Source: Leptogorgia sarmentosa
Lineage: Eukaryota
Direction of reading: 5' to 3'
Assembly: GCA_964658305.1 (NCBI GenBank)
Contig: OZ210885.1
Coordinates: 7,750,001 to 7,814,000, forward strand
DNA: 64,000 bases
The notes beneath the pieces were generated by a model that was not told the DNA's origin, ran no database searches, and saw only the letters and a list, made by a program, of their open reading frames with translations. Both the position numbers and the translations under genes were made by a program. Positions within the stretch are counted from its first letter, which is position 1, and the number at the start of each line of letters is the position of its first letter. This document shows, piece by piece, positions 63,906 to 64,000 of the stretch.

Positions 63906-64000
63906 GAAATGTTTGGCTATGAAACAAGCCAAAAAAGATTTTGTATTTGAATGTTGAAATGAACAAAAAGACGTCCGTGAATTGATTATAGCTGCGTTTG

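Overview
AT-rich eukaryotic genomic DNA with spliceosomal GT-AG introns. The repeat types suggest an invertebrate, possibly a cnidarian, but this is inference. There are three zones. (1) 1-27 kb: the last 10 phase-compatible coding exons (~950 codons) of a + strand WD40-repeat gene resembling NACHT-WD40 proteins. Its introns and upstream region hold a decayed Helitron/Helentron, several MITEs and small duplications. (2) 32.2-46.0 kb and 59.5-64 kb: a dense cluster of >45 tRNA genes, pseudogenes and fragments, built from direct and inverted duplications of multi-tRNA cassettes. (3) 46.0-59.5 kb: a non-tRNA block that begins immediately after the anticodon of a tRNA-Asn gene and is a giant palindrome (centre ~55574, 10-nt spacer). 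It carries four copies of an intronless C2H2 zinc-finger ORF, a head-to-head pair of hairpin elements at the centre, and a ~5-kb CR1/L2-group LINE in the left arm only. The most notable patterns are: lesions in the tRNA pseudogenes cluster at the anticodon loop; paralogous tRNA copies repeatedly differ at the wobble base; and the zinc-finger copies share one in-frame TAA inside a finger. Coordinates were counted by hand and identities judged by eye.
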